A stretch of DNA of 64,000 bases from the human T2T-CHM13v2.0 reference genome, Homo sapiens: the NCBI RefSeq assembly GCF_009914755.1, contig NC_060929.1, one strand, 5' to 3'. The notes below the pieces were generated by a model that saw only the letters and a program-made list of their open reading frames with translations, made no database searches and was not told where the DNA came from. The position numbers and the translations under genes were made by a program. Every line of letters starts with the position of its first letter. Position 1 is the stretch's first letter. Shown here one piece after another: positions 28,874 to 46,363 of the stretch.

Positions 28874-30137
28874 CTTTAAAATTCCCATCCAAAATAACCA
28901 TCTGGTGCAAATTTCATATCATGGTGCCCCATTTTTCTCCTTTCCATAAAAAATGACAAAGCCACCTGAAAGGACATCTTAGGCAGCCATTGTGCTTCAG
29001 AAACTTAAGTTATTTCGAAGTAATAACTTAAAGCGTTTTATGACCTTGACTTTCTGTTAGACAAAAGGCCACAGAAATTATTGATGCAAAACAATGAAAT
29101 TTTCTATTAGGTTACATTTAAACAGCAATTTTGCAAAGGGTAGCAAGAAACAGCAGGTTTCTCGGTCAGGCTAAATAGGTTTTTTTTAAAAAAAGTAATA
29201 ATCAGTTCACTGTCTTGGATTTAGAGGGCACATCCTTCCTCAAAACTAACAATGTCACATTTTATTTTCTCCACATAAATTGTGCTCTAACCATGTGTAT
29301 CCAGACAAAACCAAAACATAAAATGATTCCTTGAGCTTTTCCTATAAATGTATTTCCTTGTACAAACCTTCATTTTTTACATTTTGTACTCAATCTATTG
29401 CATGCTGATTTATATATGGATAAAGAGCAAGATGCTGCTCAGAAAAGAAGTTAAATACTGCAATCAAATGCAACCTTCTTCATGGCCTAATATTGGAATG
29501 CTTTTGCCGTCACCCCTTTGTCAGTTCAACAACTTGAGTAAAACTGATCATAAGTGGTAAGAAATTTGGAGTCTACCAGGAATAAGACATAAGCAGTACC
29601 CTGAGAGAGAATGTGTTCTTGGTTATGTCACTTCTCCTATCTGGACACAGTTTCCCCAGATGCAAATGAGGGGTTAGGTCTTGATAATATTTTCGGTCCT
29701 TCCAATTCTGAAATTTTACATTTCTCAATTATTGGATAATTTTCCCTATGCCTCTGTCAACATACATGCTTGGCTGTGATTTCTGCCCACCATGTCTCCA
29801 AAGACTTGGTAGAGAAAATATATCTCAAAATAAAATGATCAAAATGCCTATTTGAAACAAGCTCACATACCGGGTGCACTACATGATGCAAAATGATGGA
29901 GGAAGCTGTGGAACCCTCCGGCTGGGAACTTATACTTCATTCCAAGTGATTAGCAGATAAAGGGAAAAGGGATCACAATAGCAGAACCCAGGTGTTTAGA
30001 AAATGCATGCCAACTAAATTTTTTTCAAGTATATATTATGGTTTTGGGGTTTCAAAGATTATATTTGTTGATGACGGTCATGAACTAAACATAAATAAAT
30101 TTTTTAAATGCCAAATAATGATCAGGATACAATTCTT

Positions 30138-30271
30138 TAAAAAAAAAAACTTACGGAAATGGGGTCTTGCTGTGTTGCCCAGGCTGGTCTTCAACTCCCG
30201 GGCTCAAGCAATTTTCCCTCCTTGACCTCCCAAAGTGCTGGGATCACAGGAGTGAGCCGCCATGCCTGGCC
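30138..30271 (-). mobile_element. Alu monomer (FLAM-C-like)
   Basis: Single reverse left arm; degenerate TSD aggatacaattctt / aggttccaattctt. Confidence 0.85.
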
Positions 30272-30804
30272 AGGTTCCAATTCTTAATGTGTAAAGCATC
30301 TCCTTCAATCTGTGTCTATATGAATCAGCCAAAGAGCTTAGTGATATCTACAACTCAGATTCATGGAGTACTAGAAGCCTTGTTAGAGAATGTGCGTGTG
30401 AAGACCATGAATTCCCATAAATCCTATTTCACGTTCTCATAGTACCTTCTCCTTTTTCGGTAATTTAAAAAATTATCTGTAATATTATTTAATATCCAGT
30501 GGATTATGAGAATCATGAAAATAGAGGGAGAGGGTCTTATTTACTTCTGATTTTTCTGCAAATAGCACAGTACATAATGTACACCCATAAATATTTGTTG
30601 GGTAGTTGGGTGAGTGAATAAATGCACAAATAATAGCTACTTCCAGAAGAAGATTTGAGGTGACTCACCATAAAGTATACACGGACTATTTTAAGGACAT
30701 TTGATTAAGATCCATGTAATGGTGGAGAAGGGAAATATAATTTGCTCATAACCCTTTCTTGAATCTGCTTACCACTATTAAAAACAATTTTTTTAAAAGA
30801 GCTA

Positions 30805-31250
30805 CCTTTTATTTTATTTTAGGTTCAGGAGTTCATATGCAGATTTGTTATGCCAGTAAATTGTGTATTACAGGGGTTTGGTGTACAGATTATTTCATCG
30901 ACCAGGTAATAAACATAGTACCTGATAGGTAATTGTTTTTTATCATCCCCCTCCTTCCACCCTTTACCCTCCACCCTCAAGTAGATTCCAGTGTCTGTTG
31001 TTCCCTCCTTTGTAATCCATGTGTACTCAATGTTTGGCCCCCACTTATAAGTGAGAACATGCAATATTCAGTTTTCTGTTCCTATGTTAGTTTGCTTAGG
31101 ATAATGGCCTCCAGTTCCATCCATGTTGCACAAAGGACATGATCACATTCTTTTCTATGGCTGCATAGAATTACATGGTATATATGTGCCATATTGTCTT
31201 TGGTCGACCATTGATGGGCATTGAGGTTGATTCCATGTATTTGCTATTGA
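30805..31250 (-). mobile_element. 5'-truncated L1 (L1PA15/16-like) 3' end
   Basis: T-rich tail then ggggtttggtgtacagattatttcatc...cccacttataagtgagaacatg...ttgaggttgattccatg. Confidence 0.88.
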
Positions 31251-31984
31251 AATTTTAACTGGGAAATTCTAACACTGGGATTTCTGGTATCTAAGGCATA
31301 AAAAGTAAACTTCATTATGAGCTTATATATAAGAAAAGCATACTGTTTTCTGCCTAAATAGAAGAACATGAAAATCAGAACTCATTTATAAAGTATTTTA
31401 AGGAATAATGGCCAACCTAATGGAAACATTGTCACTCACTTTACCTGAACTCAAAACGCAGCAGTTACATGAGTGTCTGACAGTGAGCCAGTCCTCACAC
31501 ACGTTTTTCCCAGGTAAACTGTGTTTGGCAAGCCTTCCTTTAGCCTGCTTAGGACCTTGTTCAATCCAAACTTTTCTGACCCACAGCCTTTTAGTTGGCA
31601 GCATTCTCAAGGATGTTGAAATCAAATAAGTGCCTTTCTGATACAGCAAAACTAGAGAGATAATTTTAAGGCACTCATGTCAAGTGGGAGGAAAATTCAT
31701 TTCTCAGCACATCATTGAAAACCAAATGTCCATTTCCAAATATGTCACAAATTGCAATAAACTACAAAGAGGCTCTTCTATAACTGGTTTCAATCCAATG
31801 CTCAAGAGCCCCAGTGTCAAGAATTTCATTCAGGGTAGTTGAAACATCTATGGGTAAAATGGAACCCTGCTTTGATAAAATATTTAATACAGTTTTAGGC
31901 AGATTCACGAATGGGAAAAAAATGTCTGTTCTAATAAAGTGACTGGAGGTACATAGGAAAACCTCAATATTATACTACATGTGT

Positions 31985-32170
31985 AATTTTATGTAGTCCT
32001 CTCACTAACCTTGATACATGAAGATTATTTATTTCCATCTTACAGATAAAGAAACTGAGACACATACATATTAATCAAATTGCCCAATGTTACAGACCAG
32101 TAAGTGGCACATTAGGTACTTAAACCTATTTATTTTAGACTACAAATATCATGCCCTTTTTACTACACTG
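31985..32170 (-). mobile_element. MIR SINE fragment
   Basis: ttccatcttacagataaagaaactgagacaca...ttgcccaatgttacagaccagtaagtggca. Confidence 0.7.
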
Positions 32171-32202
32171 TTACAGCCTTCAAGAAACACAGACTTTATT
32201 GC

Positions 32203-32497
32203 TTTTTTGCGAGGGGGGACACAAGGTCTCATTCTGTTGCCCAAGCTGAAGTGAAGTGACACAACCACACCTCGACCTCTGCAGCCTCAACCTCTTGGGC
32301 TTAAGTGATCCTCCCACCTCAGCCTCCCAAGTAGCTGGGACCATAGGCATGCGCCACCATGCCCAGCTAATTTTTTTAATTTTTTGTAGAGACAGGTCTC
32401 ACTAAGTTGCCCAGACTGGTCTTGAACTCCTGGGCTCAGATGATCCTCCCACCTTGGCCTCTCAAAGTACTGAGATTAAAGGTGTGAGCACCCAGCC
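32203..32497 (-). mobile_element. Alu (AluJ-like)
   Basis: Reverse dimer with J-type ctgcagcctcaacctcttgggcttaag; degenerate TSD attgctttt / actgctttt. Confidence 0.92.
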
Positions 32498-33901
32498 AAC
32501 TGCTTTTGAAATCCCAGAGTACCTGGCATGATTAACTTGGGAGACTAAAAATGCTTCCCTTAATATGGTTAACCTTTAACAAATGGCTAATTTCTCAAGC
32601 ACAGTTAGTAACACTGGTAACAATGGAAGCTTCTATGGATATCATGTCTCTACTCAAAAGAGTCTATTGATATCAGTAATTATGTTAACAGTAAGGATGA
32701 TTTTTGCTACATAAGCCCCAATAAAAGTATTGTCATCAATAAGGAGGGTATGTATTATCTCACAAAACAAGATCTCCAGTGGCTAGGCAACTGCAGGGCT
32801 AGGTTAGGGTTAATTCAGCAACTCAGCAATATCATCATAGGAGATGATTTCCCTCATTTAACCACGCTATCTATCTTCAACATAGCTGATAATATTATCC
32901 CTTGTTTTCATAATAATACTTATTGAATGCCTGCTATATTCCAGACAATTCTAAATGTTTTACAATCATTAATTTAGTTGGTCCTCTCAACACTCCTATG
33001 AAATAGATACCATTATATCGAGGTGGGTAGAGGCCCTTCATCATCACAAGGGTCTGCAACAATGCCAAGTACCAAATGCAAACCAAAAGAGAACCAGTAA
33101 TAAACAGAAGGGGTGCTGTCTCCTGTGTGCTTCTCCTTTCCGGAAGCCACCCAGCAGACTTTCTCTAAGGTTCCATGGTCCAATTAATCACTAGTAAGAG
33201 CAATGGAAAGTATCACAACAGCTTTAAGGAAATCAGGATTCACACAGGCTCCCCAAGAGCAGGGTCCCCTCTTTCTCAAGCATATGGCCACAAAAAGAGG
33301 CATCCAAACCAAATCTGGACTCTGACAAGAAAATATGCCACACTATGGCTAACTTCATCTCTAGCTACAAATGGAACATCTTTAGGCACAGTCACAGTTG
33401 ATGGGTTTCTTGGAAAAGCAAGATGGGAAGCTGGAGATTTAAAGGACTTGCTAATTTCATTGATAGGTACTAGAATAAGTGTCCTGCTTGAGCAATTGTA
33501 GAAGCACTAAGGAAATCTGGGAACTGGGTTGAAACAAGCAAAAAAAGCACTGGCTCTTGCAGGAGACAAAGTCAAGGTCTGAGTTTCACAAGTGTAACAT
33601 TACTTAAAGTAGTACCATTTGGATTTTACAGACATGGGGAAAGAAGCCCCAGTGTGACTGCAAAGAGTGCTGCAAAAGAGGAGACATTTCTAGTGGGCTA
33701 CACTGTGCTGTATTAGGTAGAATTTACTGGATGTCCCCCACCACCATGCCTCCAGCAATGGCAGAACTCCTTCAAGCTTCATGAAGATGTATGTGTCTTT
33801 TTAATGCAACAGCTAAAAACATGTATGTCTTCAGATGTAGATGGTGCATTTAAATGTGTGTATATGTGTGTAGAAATTTGCCCAAACTGCAGATGCCTTA
33901 C

Positions 33902-34279
33902 TGATATGGGCTGAATTATGTCCCCCGCCAAAATTCATATGTTCATTGTCACCCTCAGTACCTCTGAATGTGACTGTATTTGGAGATAGACCCTTTAAAG
34001 GAGCAATTAAGGTAAAATGAGGTCACGTGGGTGGGCCCTATTCCTATAGAACTTAGTGTCCTTATAAGAAGAGGTGATTAGGACACATAGAAAACAGACC
34101 AGGGGAAGACCACATCAAGAAAAGGGAGATGGCAGCCAAGGAAAGAGGCCTCAGAATAAAGTCAACCCTGCCAACACTTTGATTTTGTATGTCTAGCCTC
34201 CAGGGGTGTAAGGAAGTAAACTTCTGTTGTTTAAGCCAGTTTGTGGTATTTGTTGTGGTAGCCCTAACAAACTAATATA
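33902..34279 (+). mobile_element. MaLR solo LTR (MLT1A/B-like)
   Basis: tgatatgggctgaattatgtcccc...gccctaacaaactaatata; exact TSD CTTAC at 33897-33901 and 34280-34284. Confidence 0.9.
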
Positions 34280-36049
34280 CTTACCAATTTGCACAAGATA
34301 AAACTATATGTGGAATGTTTCATTTATATTTTACAAATGGCTGGCTTGCCCTTAATTCCTCCTTCCTGAGTGTGTTTTGGAATGAAAGCTAATGTCATTG
34401 AGGCCCCAAATATCTTAACTGAATCAGATCAACCTGAGGCCATTTGGGTATGTTGTGCAAAAATCAATCCTTTAAATAGCCCTAAAACATGGTCCAAGCA
34501 GCTGCTTCCCCCACTCCACACTCTGGCTCTTGAAACTAGGGAAGCATTTTTGGTCATCAACATGAACATATGACTTAGCTCCCCTTTCTCTCCCCCCAGC
34601 CCCTGAATTGGAAGGTTTCACAGGAGAGATGGGGAATGAACTGGAAGTACTTTACACTAGTCATCTTGCAGAGAAAATCTTAAAGCCTTTTTCTTCTCTC
34701 TCCATTTTTTTTCTTAAATTTGGCAACTTTGAAAGTCATTACTCTTCTCTTTCCCCAGCAGGCTTCACCCTGAAGGCATCCCTTCTGGCTGCCCCCAGGA
34801 AAGTTAAATCCCCAGTCCTCCTCTCCTCTGTTTAGTAGCAAAGCCTCTCTTTTACTCTTTTAGAACTTGGATACCAGATGATAATACCAAGGCCCTGAGA
34901 TCTTAAAGTGAATTTATCAGAGCATTTTCTCAACAAAAGCCAATGTTTCAAATAAGAGATTCTGATATCAAGTGTTGAGAGACTAAAATTATTTCTCCAT
35001 CTATATGAGAGAAGGAAAATAAAAAGAAAGCAAATAAAAGAAAAGGTGTTTGAATACAAGAATGTTAGATCCTACAATATTTTTTGTCAGAGAAGAGAGC
35101 CTGGTGTTTTGTGTCCTAAATAACTAGACAAGCTTACTAGCCTAGGAAGTCTAGACTGAAAAATCACATAGCTCTGCCTGAGTGGGGGTCAGCTAATCCC
35201 ATTCCCAGAGAGAAAAAAAAAACATGTTTTCCTTTTGAATTAACATTAACTCACATTAAACACACGCACACATACACAGTAAAATTATATTTAGAAATGT
35301 TTTAGCTCTGGCTTCTCAGCAGGGGTAAGTGCCTCAATTTCCTGCAAATCATTGTCAAGTGTCTAGACAGGAGAAGTGGAAGCAAAGATAAGAGATCCTG
35401 AATTTCAACAGAGGGGCCATCAAGCTAAACCGAACTCAGCTGTGCTTTTTCACTTGGCAACAAGCGATAACCCTCTGATAGCCACATATCTTACATGTTG
35501 CTTTTGACTTCTGATAAGAAAGAGGAAAGTGGGAAACAATGATGAGCGTTGGTGATAAACACCCGGGCTGGCATTTGCCTCAGTCTTTTTAAATTAACTG
35601 ACCCCCAGAGGAATCCCAAACCCTATAGCCCTATCTAGTATCTGGAAAGGTTTATGAGGATTTGAAGCTACAGCTGAAGATGACCAATACTTTAAAGAGT
35701 TTGTGAATTAGCACCTTATATGTAAACACACCTCTAAGTCAATCACACTTTGTAGAATTCCCAAAGTCTCAATACCCTTCCTGAAAGCAGGTTTTACAAT
35801 CTCTTAATCTTTAGGAACTTGACAGGGCCTAAGAGGTCAGCAGCAGATCATATATACCACATTAGATTCACTATGGGAATACCCAAAACCAGTAGCAGTT
35901 TCTTCCCTTGCAAACATTCATAGAGTATTCGAGGACCTCATCTCTCACTGTGCAGCAAGACTTGGACGTGTCATTTGCTGAATTCATTCCTCATGCATCC
36001 ATACATACGTCAAGTACTTTTTTTGAGACCTTTATTGAATAAGGTGGAA

Positions 36050-36275
36050 GTCAAATGGGTGTTCCGCAATCAGGTCACCTAATTTGAAACTCTGACTCTA
36101 TTATTCACTAGCTGTGCAAATTTCAGAGAGTTGTTTAACCTCTTGGACCTCACTTTTCCTATCTGCAAAATGGGGATAATGACAAGACTTACCTCTTAGG
36201 ATTGCTGTGAGAGTTAGAGAGTTATAGATGCAAAACACTTAGAACAGCGTTTCAATATATGATAAGTTCTTAATG
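36050..36275 (+). mobile_element. MIR SINE
   Basis: ctagctgtg...tttaacctcttggacctcacttttcctatctgcaaaatggggataatgacaagacttacctcttaggattgctgtgag...aaaacacttagaacag. Confidence 0.8.
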
Positions 36276-37578
36276 AATTTAAATTCTCTCTCTTATGTGC
36301 CAAACACAAGTCTTTGGTTAATCAGAAGATGAAAAGATAAATGAAAAGAATATTTTAGGGATGATGGTGAAGAAGAGCAGCTCACCAACTGCTTAAGAAT
36401 TAAAAATCAGTCAGCACGGAGGTACCAAGTCAGATCCTAGCACTTTTCTAGACTTATAATACAATATTTTGTAAGACAGTGCTAACTTAGGTTAAACTTA
36501 GAACAAATCATTAAACAGGTTGTCTAGAAGTTCAAAGAGTGAGAGATCACTGTGAACTGAAGGAGCAGGCAGGACTTCATGGAGGCATGACTTGTCCTGG
36601 GCAGTGTTGGACAAGTAGAATATAGATGAGCAGATAGAGGAGGAGGTTACTGGGGAAACAGCATCAAAAGCAGAGAGGTAGATATGATTGTGACATATGT
36701 TGCACTGAACATCCTGCACTAATTTTCAGTGGTCAGTGCTGTGACTGGCTTCCCACCATCATTATCCTGTGCCTTATACCTTTAGGTGGGCTTCTGCACA
36801 AGCCTCAGGCTACCTTTGGGTTCATCCCTTCTAGTACATCCTGCACACCCTCCCCCAGGTCAGCCTTTTCCAACACTGCTGCCCTCTTATCTCTAGCCTG
36901 CCTCTAAGTATTCAGTGCTTGTATGTTCCCCCCATCTCTACCCTCACCTCTATGCCTACCTTATTGCTTTCAGGGTAAAACCAAGATCCTTAGCCTAATA
37001 GTCAACCCTCTTCAGAATCTGAAATTAAACTGCTTTCAGTTATGTCTCCTAGCATACTTTTCTTATCATTTTTCTGACAATTCTTCCATCTAGGCCTCTA
37101 TTTCCTGCTTCTATCCAAACTCCAATATGAAATTACCTCCATTCTCCCCTCAACCATCAAATTCATTGTTAAATCTATAATCTGTAAACTTTCTGATTCT
37201 TTGTCAATTTCCTAATTCTTTAAAAATTTGTTGCTATCTTTCCAATCTCTTTGCTAACATCCCTAATCCACTACATGTTCTCTCTTTTGAAGTCACAGAA
37301 TATGTCTGTTCCACTCACTAGGCAAAGAAATTTGTAGTATTCCTTCAGCTAGAATTTTATATTGTTATTTTAATTGAAAGGAGGTTAGCTAATTTTTTTT
37401 TGAAATCTTGGTTTTCAGTCTGGACTTCAAGTTCCTGAAGATCAGGACTTGTATCTGATTCTTCTTCTTGCAAGCACAGTAGTTGATTGGCTACTAGGGA
37501 TGATGGGAACCAGAGATGTCAATTTATAAGACTAATTTACACTATTGAAATGGCAATAAGTAAAGTATAAGAAAAGGT

Positions 37579-38103
37579 TGGATTTCAAGGTTGGTAGGTG
37601 TTATAGACCAGATTTCTTGGAAAATAGATCATGAGATTCTGAGATTTTTGTTGTTGTTGTTGTTGTTATTAATGATGATGATGATGTTTTGAGATTCTGA
37701 GATATGCATTCAGAAAGTTACCACTCTTGGGATCAACACCTCTGGAGGATGACAGACAAGAGATGAAGGATGAGGCAGAGAAGGAAGTAAGAAGTTGATT
37801 TGTGATGTAGTTTTAACAGACTTCATTCAGTCTCATAGGGAGCTCTGGTCCTGGCATGATCATCAAATTGTCTCAATTGAAGCAAAGAAACCAGGTCTTT
37901 TTATGTCCACTAAGACCACTCTTTGGATGTGGGGTGTACCTGGGGAAAGGAAACAATTTTGAGCAAGACAACTGCTTTCGATAATTCCATAGGAGGGATT
38001 CAGCTGTCAGCTGTCAGGAGCCAACACACCTAGCAGCTGGGGGAATGAGTGCCTTGTTCCTAAAGGCAGAGTCTGATAATCTACCATAGTATCATCCACT
38101 ACA
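37579..38103 (-). mobile_element. Old MLT1 (MLT1G/H-like) LTR
   Basis: Reverse-orientation MLT1 features (ctcttgggatcaacacct...gggagctctgg...cagctgtcag...cagctgggggaatgagtgc...catccactaca). Confidence 0.6.
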
Positions 38104-38958
38104 GTTGGGTAGCATGACAACAGGAGCTATTGACTTTTTAATCTTAACCTCTGTGCTTGACACTCAGCTCTACCTGGGATCATTCTATTTTCTGGCAATG
38201 ATGTCCTACATGCTTAATCTGACTTCACATTCCCTTGTAGATCAAAAATCTGCTCCTTCACAAATCCTCCCTTCCTTGCAGTTTCTTATTCCACTTATCA
38301 AAAAGAAAGAATCAAAAACTGTTTATTAGCTGGACCAGTAACTGGTCAGTGTCCAAATCATCAGCACTTGCTCTGGAATCAAATAAGTAACTGACCCATC
38401 AAATAATTTTTCACTGCAATCTCCAGTGAAGGGCTTCCCAGGAGAGTCAGCATCCGTGGTCCATTTGAAACAAGACTGGCAAGATATCTTTGGGGTTTCA
38501 GCATTTCCTGGAAACACCAGCTGACCAAAGACTTGGAAATGTTGAGAAGCCAACAACAGCATAGAGCCAACTTAATGTGGAAAGAAAAACTGACTTAACA
38601 TAGGGCAGCAAAGGGACTGTACTAGCCTGCCAATTCATGGCTGCCTTGGAGGGCTGCTGCTTCCATTGGGATAGTCCTTTCCTCCAATCTGCCACCCATG
38701 CTATTTCTCATGTTTAGATGCTCTGGAGTTGTTGTTGTTGACACTGATGATGATTTGAGACATTTAACAAATGCAGAAAAGAGCCAAAAATAATAAACAA
38801 ACATTTATAGGTTGTTAACTTTTTTGTCATATTTCCTTTTGTAGTTTTGTTTAAAAAGTGAAAAATAGTACAGAAAAATTCAAATCTCCTCCATTGCCAC
38901 TTTCCATGGGCAAAGGGGATCATAATCTTAATATGTATCTTCCCAGTGTATTTTGAAT

Positions 38959-41974
<3,016 letters not shown>

Positions 41975-42944
41975 TAAATGGTATACTATGTGATACTATG
42001 ACTTGATTTTTTAAATTCATTCCTTTTTAGAATTTTTACATTGCTATATGTAGATTTAGTCCATTGATGGACATGTAAGTGACTCCCTAGGTTCTCCTTT
42101 CTGTGCATTTCTTTTTTTGTGACTTCCTTGACAGGTCAATATGAATGAAATGTCTTTTTTTTTTTAATTCTTGCTGAAATTTAACAGGCCTCCAGAGAAG
42201 AATTCCTGCCATATCTTTGCTCTTTGCCCCTCTGCCTCAGCTGTGACAAGCACCAGGTTCTGGTTTCTAGAATTCCCATTGTTTTCTGAGTTGGTTCTGT
42301 CAACACATTTAACTCCCAGCCAGACCTAAGGAACAGATTATGGAAGTGATTAATATGGGCAAAATGAATACAGTACCTTGGGCCTCAAAATAAAAGTGGA
42401 GCTTCTTTTGGAAATCTATCCCAGAAAAATAATTCAAAGAAAGAAAATAATTTACATATGTGAAGATTGTTATTACAGAACTATTTTTAATAGGGAAAAA
42501 TGAAAAATAACCAAAATGGTCAACAATAAGAAGTTCTTGCATAAATCATGGTACATCAACTCCAAAGAATATTATCTGTTCCTTTACTATGGTGATTCTC
42601 AAAACTATGTATTAGGTGGAATCATGAAATTGCTCTTTCTAGCTCAAAATAGTTGCGTATCAGCAATTTTATCCCATTCACCTTAAGAGTAACAGAGGAA
42701 AAGGGATGATGGTTAATGTTACATGAAAAATACAGAAAGCAAAATTACATCCACAATATGTGAAAGTATCTTTGCATTTGGATAAGAACTTGTATGGAGA
42801 ACAACAAAATTTAAAAGTTACATTGAGGAAGGAGAGTGAGAAAGAACTAAATTTATTAAACTTACAAGTCCAGGACCTTATATAATAAATTATTTCTTTA
42901 CCACCCCCAACCCCCCACTCCACACACACACATACAAACAGGAA

Positions 42945-43080
42945 GTTGTTATTATTGCCACTTAGAGATGAAGAAACTGTGGTTCAAAGAAATTTAGTCA
43001 ATTGCTCAGTGTTGCAAGTTGATATAGTAGCACAGCTGGAATTTGCATCTAGGCCTCTTTGATTCAAAGCCTGACCTTTG
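42945..43080 (-). mobile_element. MIR SINE fragment
   Basis: attattgccacttagagatgaagaaactgtggttcaaaga...ctggaatttgcatctaggcctctttgattcaaagcc. Confidence 0.7.
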
Positions 43081-44754
43081 CCTGTATCCCTCTCTGGAGT
43101 GATAAAAAACCATCTTTTCTTTCTAGTCCTCATATTATTTGTACAGTAAATAGAAATTCATACTAAAACTTCCTGAAGCAGGAGGGGATAAGGAAGAAGG
43201 GTAATGAGGCATCTTCCTCAGTCCCCTTCTGGTCCAGAGTGGCATGGCACCTACCAAGAAGGCTCTTTGATTTTCCAGCTGTGCCCTTAGGGTTCCTCGT
43301 ATAAAACAAAAAGCTGCTGGGAAGAAGGTGACAGTCAACAGACAGAGCATATTGAATCGGGAATGAGATGAGCCGTGTACTGCCTCAGGCCACTTGATCA
43401 AAGCTCTTGAACAAAGATACCTCAGCTATTAAGTGAGGCTATCAAGAGCAAGCTGAAACCCTGTGCAGGAGTGTGGATGTTCTCAGGGAAGGGGCATGGT
43501 GCTAGAAGGAGGGGCTTCTGGGTCTCTTGATGCAGTTCCTAAGCAGACATGTGACCTTGGGCAAGTCACCAAGGTTCTCAGTTTTCTCATCAGCCACATG
43601 AAGACTTTGCCTCTTGCACCTCTGTTTCTCTGGTTCTTTTTCCTATCCAGAAAGAAGAGTTTTACAGTCTATTACTACCTGGAGAAATCACATGTCACAC
43701 ATCTGAGTGTTGAAGGAAATGCTTATTCCTCTCACCTTCTCTCTTTCAGAAAAGAGGGGACGTCTGCCCATGCTTCTCTTCTCTCCACCCTCTAATGTGG
43801 TCACTACCCCGCTGCCCAGTGAATTCTCAGAAAAGCCAGGTCCTGGATCTAATGAGTGGAGATGCTCTACCACAGTGGTACACAGTCCACTCTCTCTACA
43901 TCCCACCTGCCGGCAAGTGGCCTGTGTTGCACCCTCTGCTCCTGTTGCCAGGCAGAAAGCATGCCAGGCCAGCTGTGGATCTGCCTCCAAGGGAAGACCT
44001 GGAGTCTTAGCCCCCTCCTCAGTTTCCTGTCCCACCAATCACCAGGTAGTTCTTGCTACAGCCTTCCAGATAACTGTCTGGCTAAATATCGGCTGTGCAG
44101 ACACTGAGAGCATACCAAAATTTTAAACTTGGGGCATAGAAAAGAGGAAGTAGACGAATTGGGACTTGAATTGGGAAGCCCAATTAGGACTTCAAATGTC
44201 AAGTTCTTATCCAGCCCCAAATTTGGAGTTCATAAAGTTGATACTGATCCTGGAATTTGATTATCTTCAACCTCTGCTGGCTGCTAATAAAGAACCCAGA
44301 AGAGAAAATAAATGGATAATTGGCATCCTCAAACCTCAAATACAGAACCAAACTATGGAAGAAATAAAGCCCAGGTTCAGGCATAACCTCTCTTCATCAA
44401 ATTGTTACTAGTGGTGAGAGAACAAGAGGGTCAGTGGAGAGAAGGAGGAAAATTGTATGGCAAAACTGAAATAACATTTCCACAATTGAGCTTTTCAAGG
44501 TACAGAGCTGAGTTCCAACCAGAATGCCGAGCCTGAACTCCAGGACCTACAGGGAGAGGGCAGATGTCCATGAGTCAGCTAAAGCCTTCTAGATGTGTGT
44601 CCTGGCTTTCCTGGCACCAGCACACACAGAAACAGGGCAGAGGTAAGATATCTAACTCTGTCTATGAGACCACATTGGGAGGTGGGGTAACAGGATGGTT
44701 AGGTGAACTACCTTCTGCCTTAGAGTACCTGAAAACCAAATGCCACCATCACCA

Positions 44755-44915
44755 CATCTGTGATTTGTGAATATAAGCAAAGCTAAACCATTTGCACCCT
44801 CAGTTTCCCAACTACAAAACAGGGATCATAATATGCCCCCCACAGGGTCATTAGGAGTATTTAATAAGATAATCCACATCACATACTAGCACATCTGGAG
44901 AGCTCTACAAACATT
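44755..44915 (+). mobile_element. MIR SINE fragment
   Basis: cctcagtttcccaactacaaaacagggatcataatatgccccccacagggtcattaggagtatt. Confidence 0.6.
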
Positions 44916-46363
44916 GGGTTCCCCTCCTGACACACTGGACCTGAAATTCCAAGAGGGCAGGGACCATTGCTGCATTTACTAATCAGTAACTCCCCAACTC
45001 CTAACATGGTGCTTCAGAAAATATGTATTGCTGTTATTGATATTGTGGTATTGAAAAAGGGACTTCATCCTCCCCAGATCACCTTCCCCCCTTATTTGAA
45101 GCCAGCTGAATACATTGCTAAGGGACAGCCTCTTTCTTTCCCACCTAATGATCCTGTTTTTCTATGCTGCTTCAGTAAGTGTCATGGTATGGGGAGATAG
45201 GAATTAACCCACATCAACCAAACTAGAGCTTTGGTCTGATTCTTGCTCCCCAAGATGGGGCCCGCAAAGCAGCATGCTATACACTTGCTTTGATTTGATT
45301 GATACCATTTAATTTGATTAATTTGATATCATCTGATTGATTTGCAAATTCCTTTCTTATTTTCACCCCCAATTCTGCCACATCCAAGGGGGAGAGAACA
45401 ACCAGGAATCAGGAGATAATATCCAATTTCAGAATAAGTTGGGAGTGGCTGGAGAGGAAGGGGCATCTCTCCAAGGAAAGACTAGAGGAGGAGATACTGT
45501 TTCCAATCTAAATAACTTACTTTTTGAGGATAAAATTTACCCACTTTGTTATATCCAGACTAAACAGTTGGTGATGAGGCATTTGGGGCCTGGAATCCTG
45601 TCAGTCAGAAGGAAAATTGAGTTTCATTCGTGGTAGACCAGAGCTAGTAGCTCGGGCAAATTCCTAGTTGTCACTTAGGATCTGGGTTCTCAGTAGGCTG
45701 TAGGTAGTGTCTTTCCCACTAACTATCCTGTGGCCCCTGAGTTTCCACAATCACATGACATCTTTGGTGGCCAGCCCCCTGGTGACTGTCTGCAGGCCAG
45801 TGTAGCATCAGAAGCATCTTGGATAATTAACAGATGTGCAGTCAAGTTTAAACATTGAGGCCATCTGTCTAGACAGCTAGGCAAACCTCTTTACATCTCC
45901 CATGAGCCCTGCCCTTTGCCTCCCTCCCTCCAGCTGTGGAGATGACTGACATTCTGGAATCCTGAGGGACGTGTACCTTCTCAGCATGGAGTCTTAAAGC
46001 AGGAGAGGGGAAGAACTAAGTGGGGACCATATGACCTCCCTGCTATGAAGGGCTTACAAGGGAGAGAACCTGTTCAAGACCCCACAGTCTACGACAGAGT
46101 AAGAACTTGAGCCTAGGTCTTCAGATTCCAAAGCCCATGCCGTTTCTACTATCTGGCTTGGACACTGAGGCACATTTTGCCATTTTCCACACTTGATGAA
46201 GTATTGACATTCTGTGAAAACAGGATTTATTAATCCATCTTCTGCACCTGCTGCTGAGCATTAGAGGCACTTAGAGGGTCCCATTCACTAGAAGCCCACA
46301 TCTCATGGATAGCAATAGTTGTCCACCAGGCAACTGGCTTCAAGCATAGAAAATAAATTCTTT

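Noticed and set aside
45288-45348. TTGAT-rich degenerate repeat
   Set aside because: Low-complexity slippage with no consistent unit.
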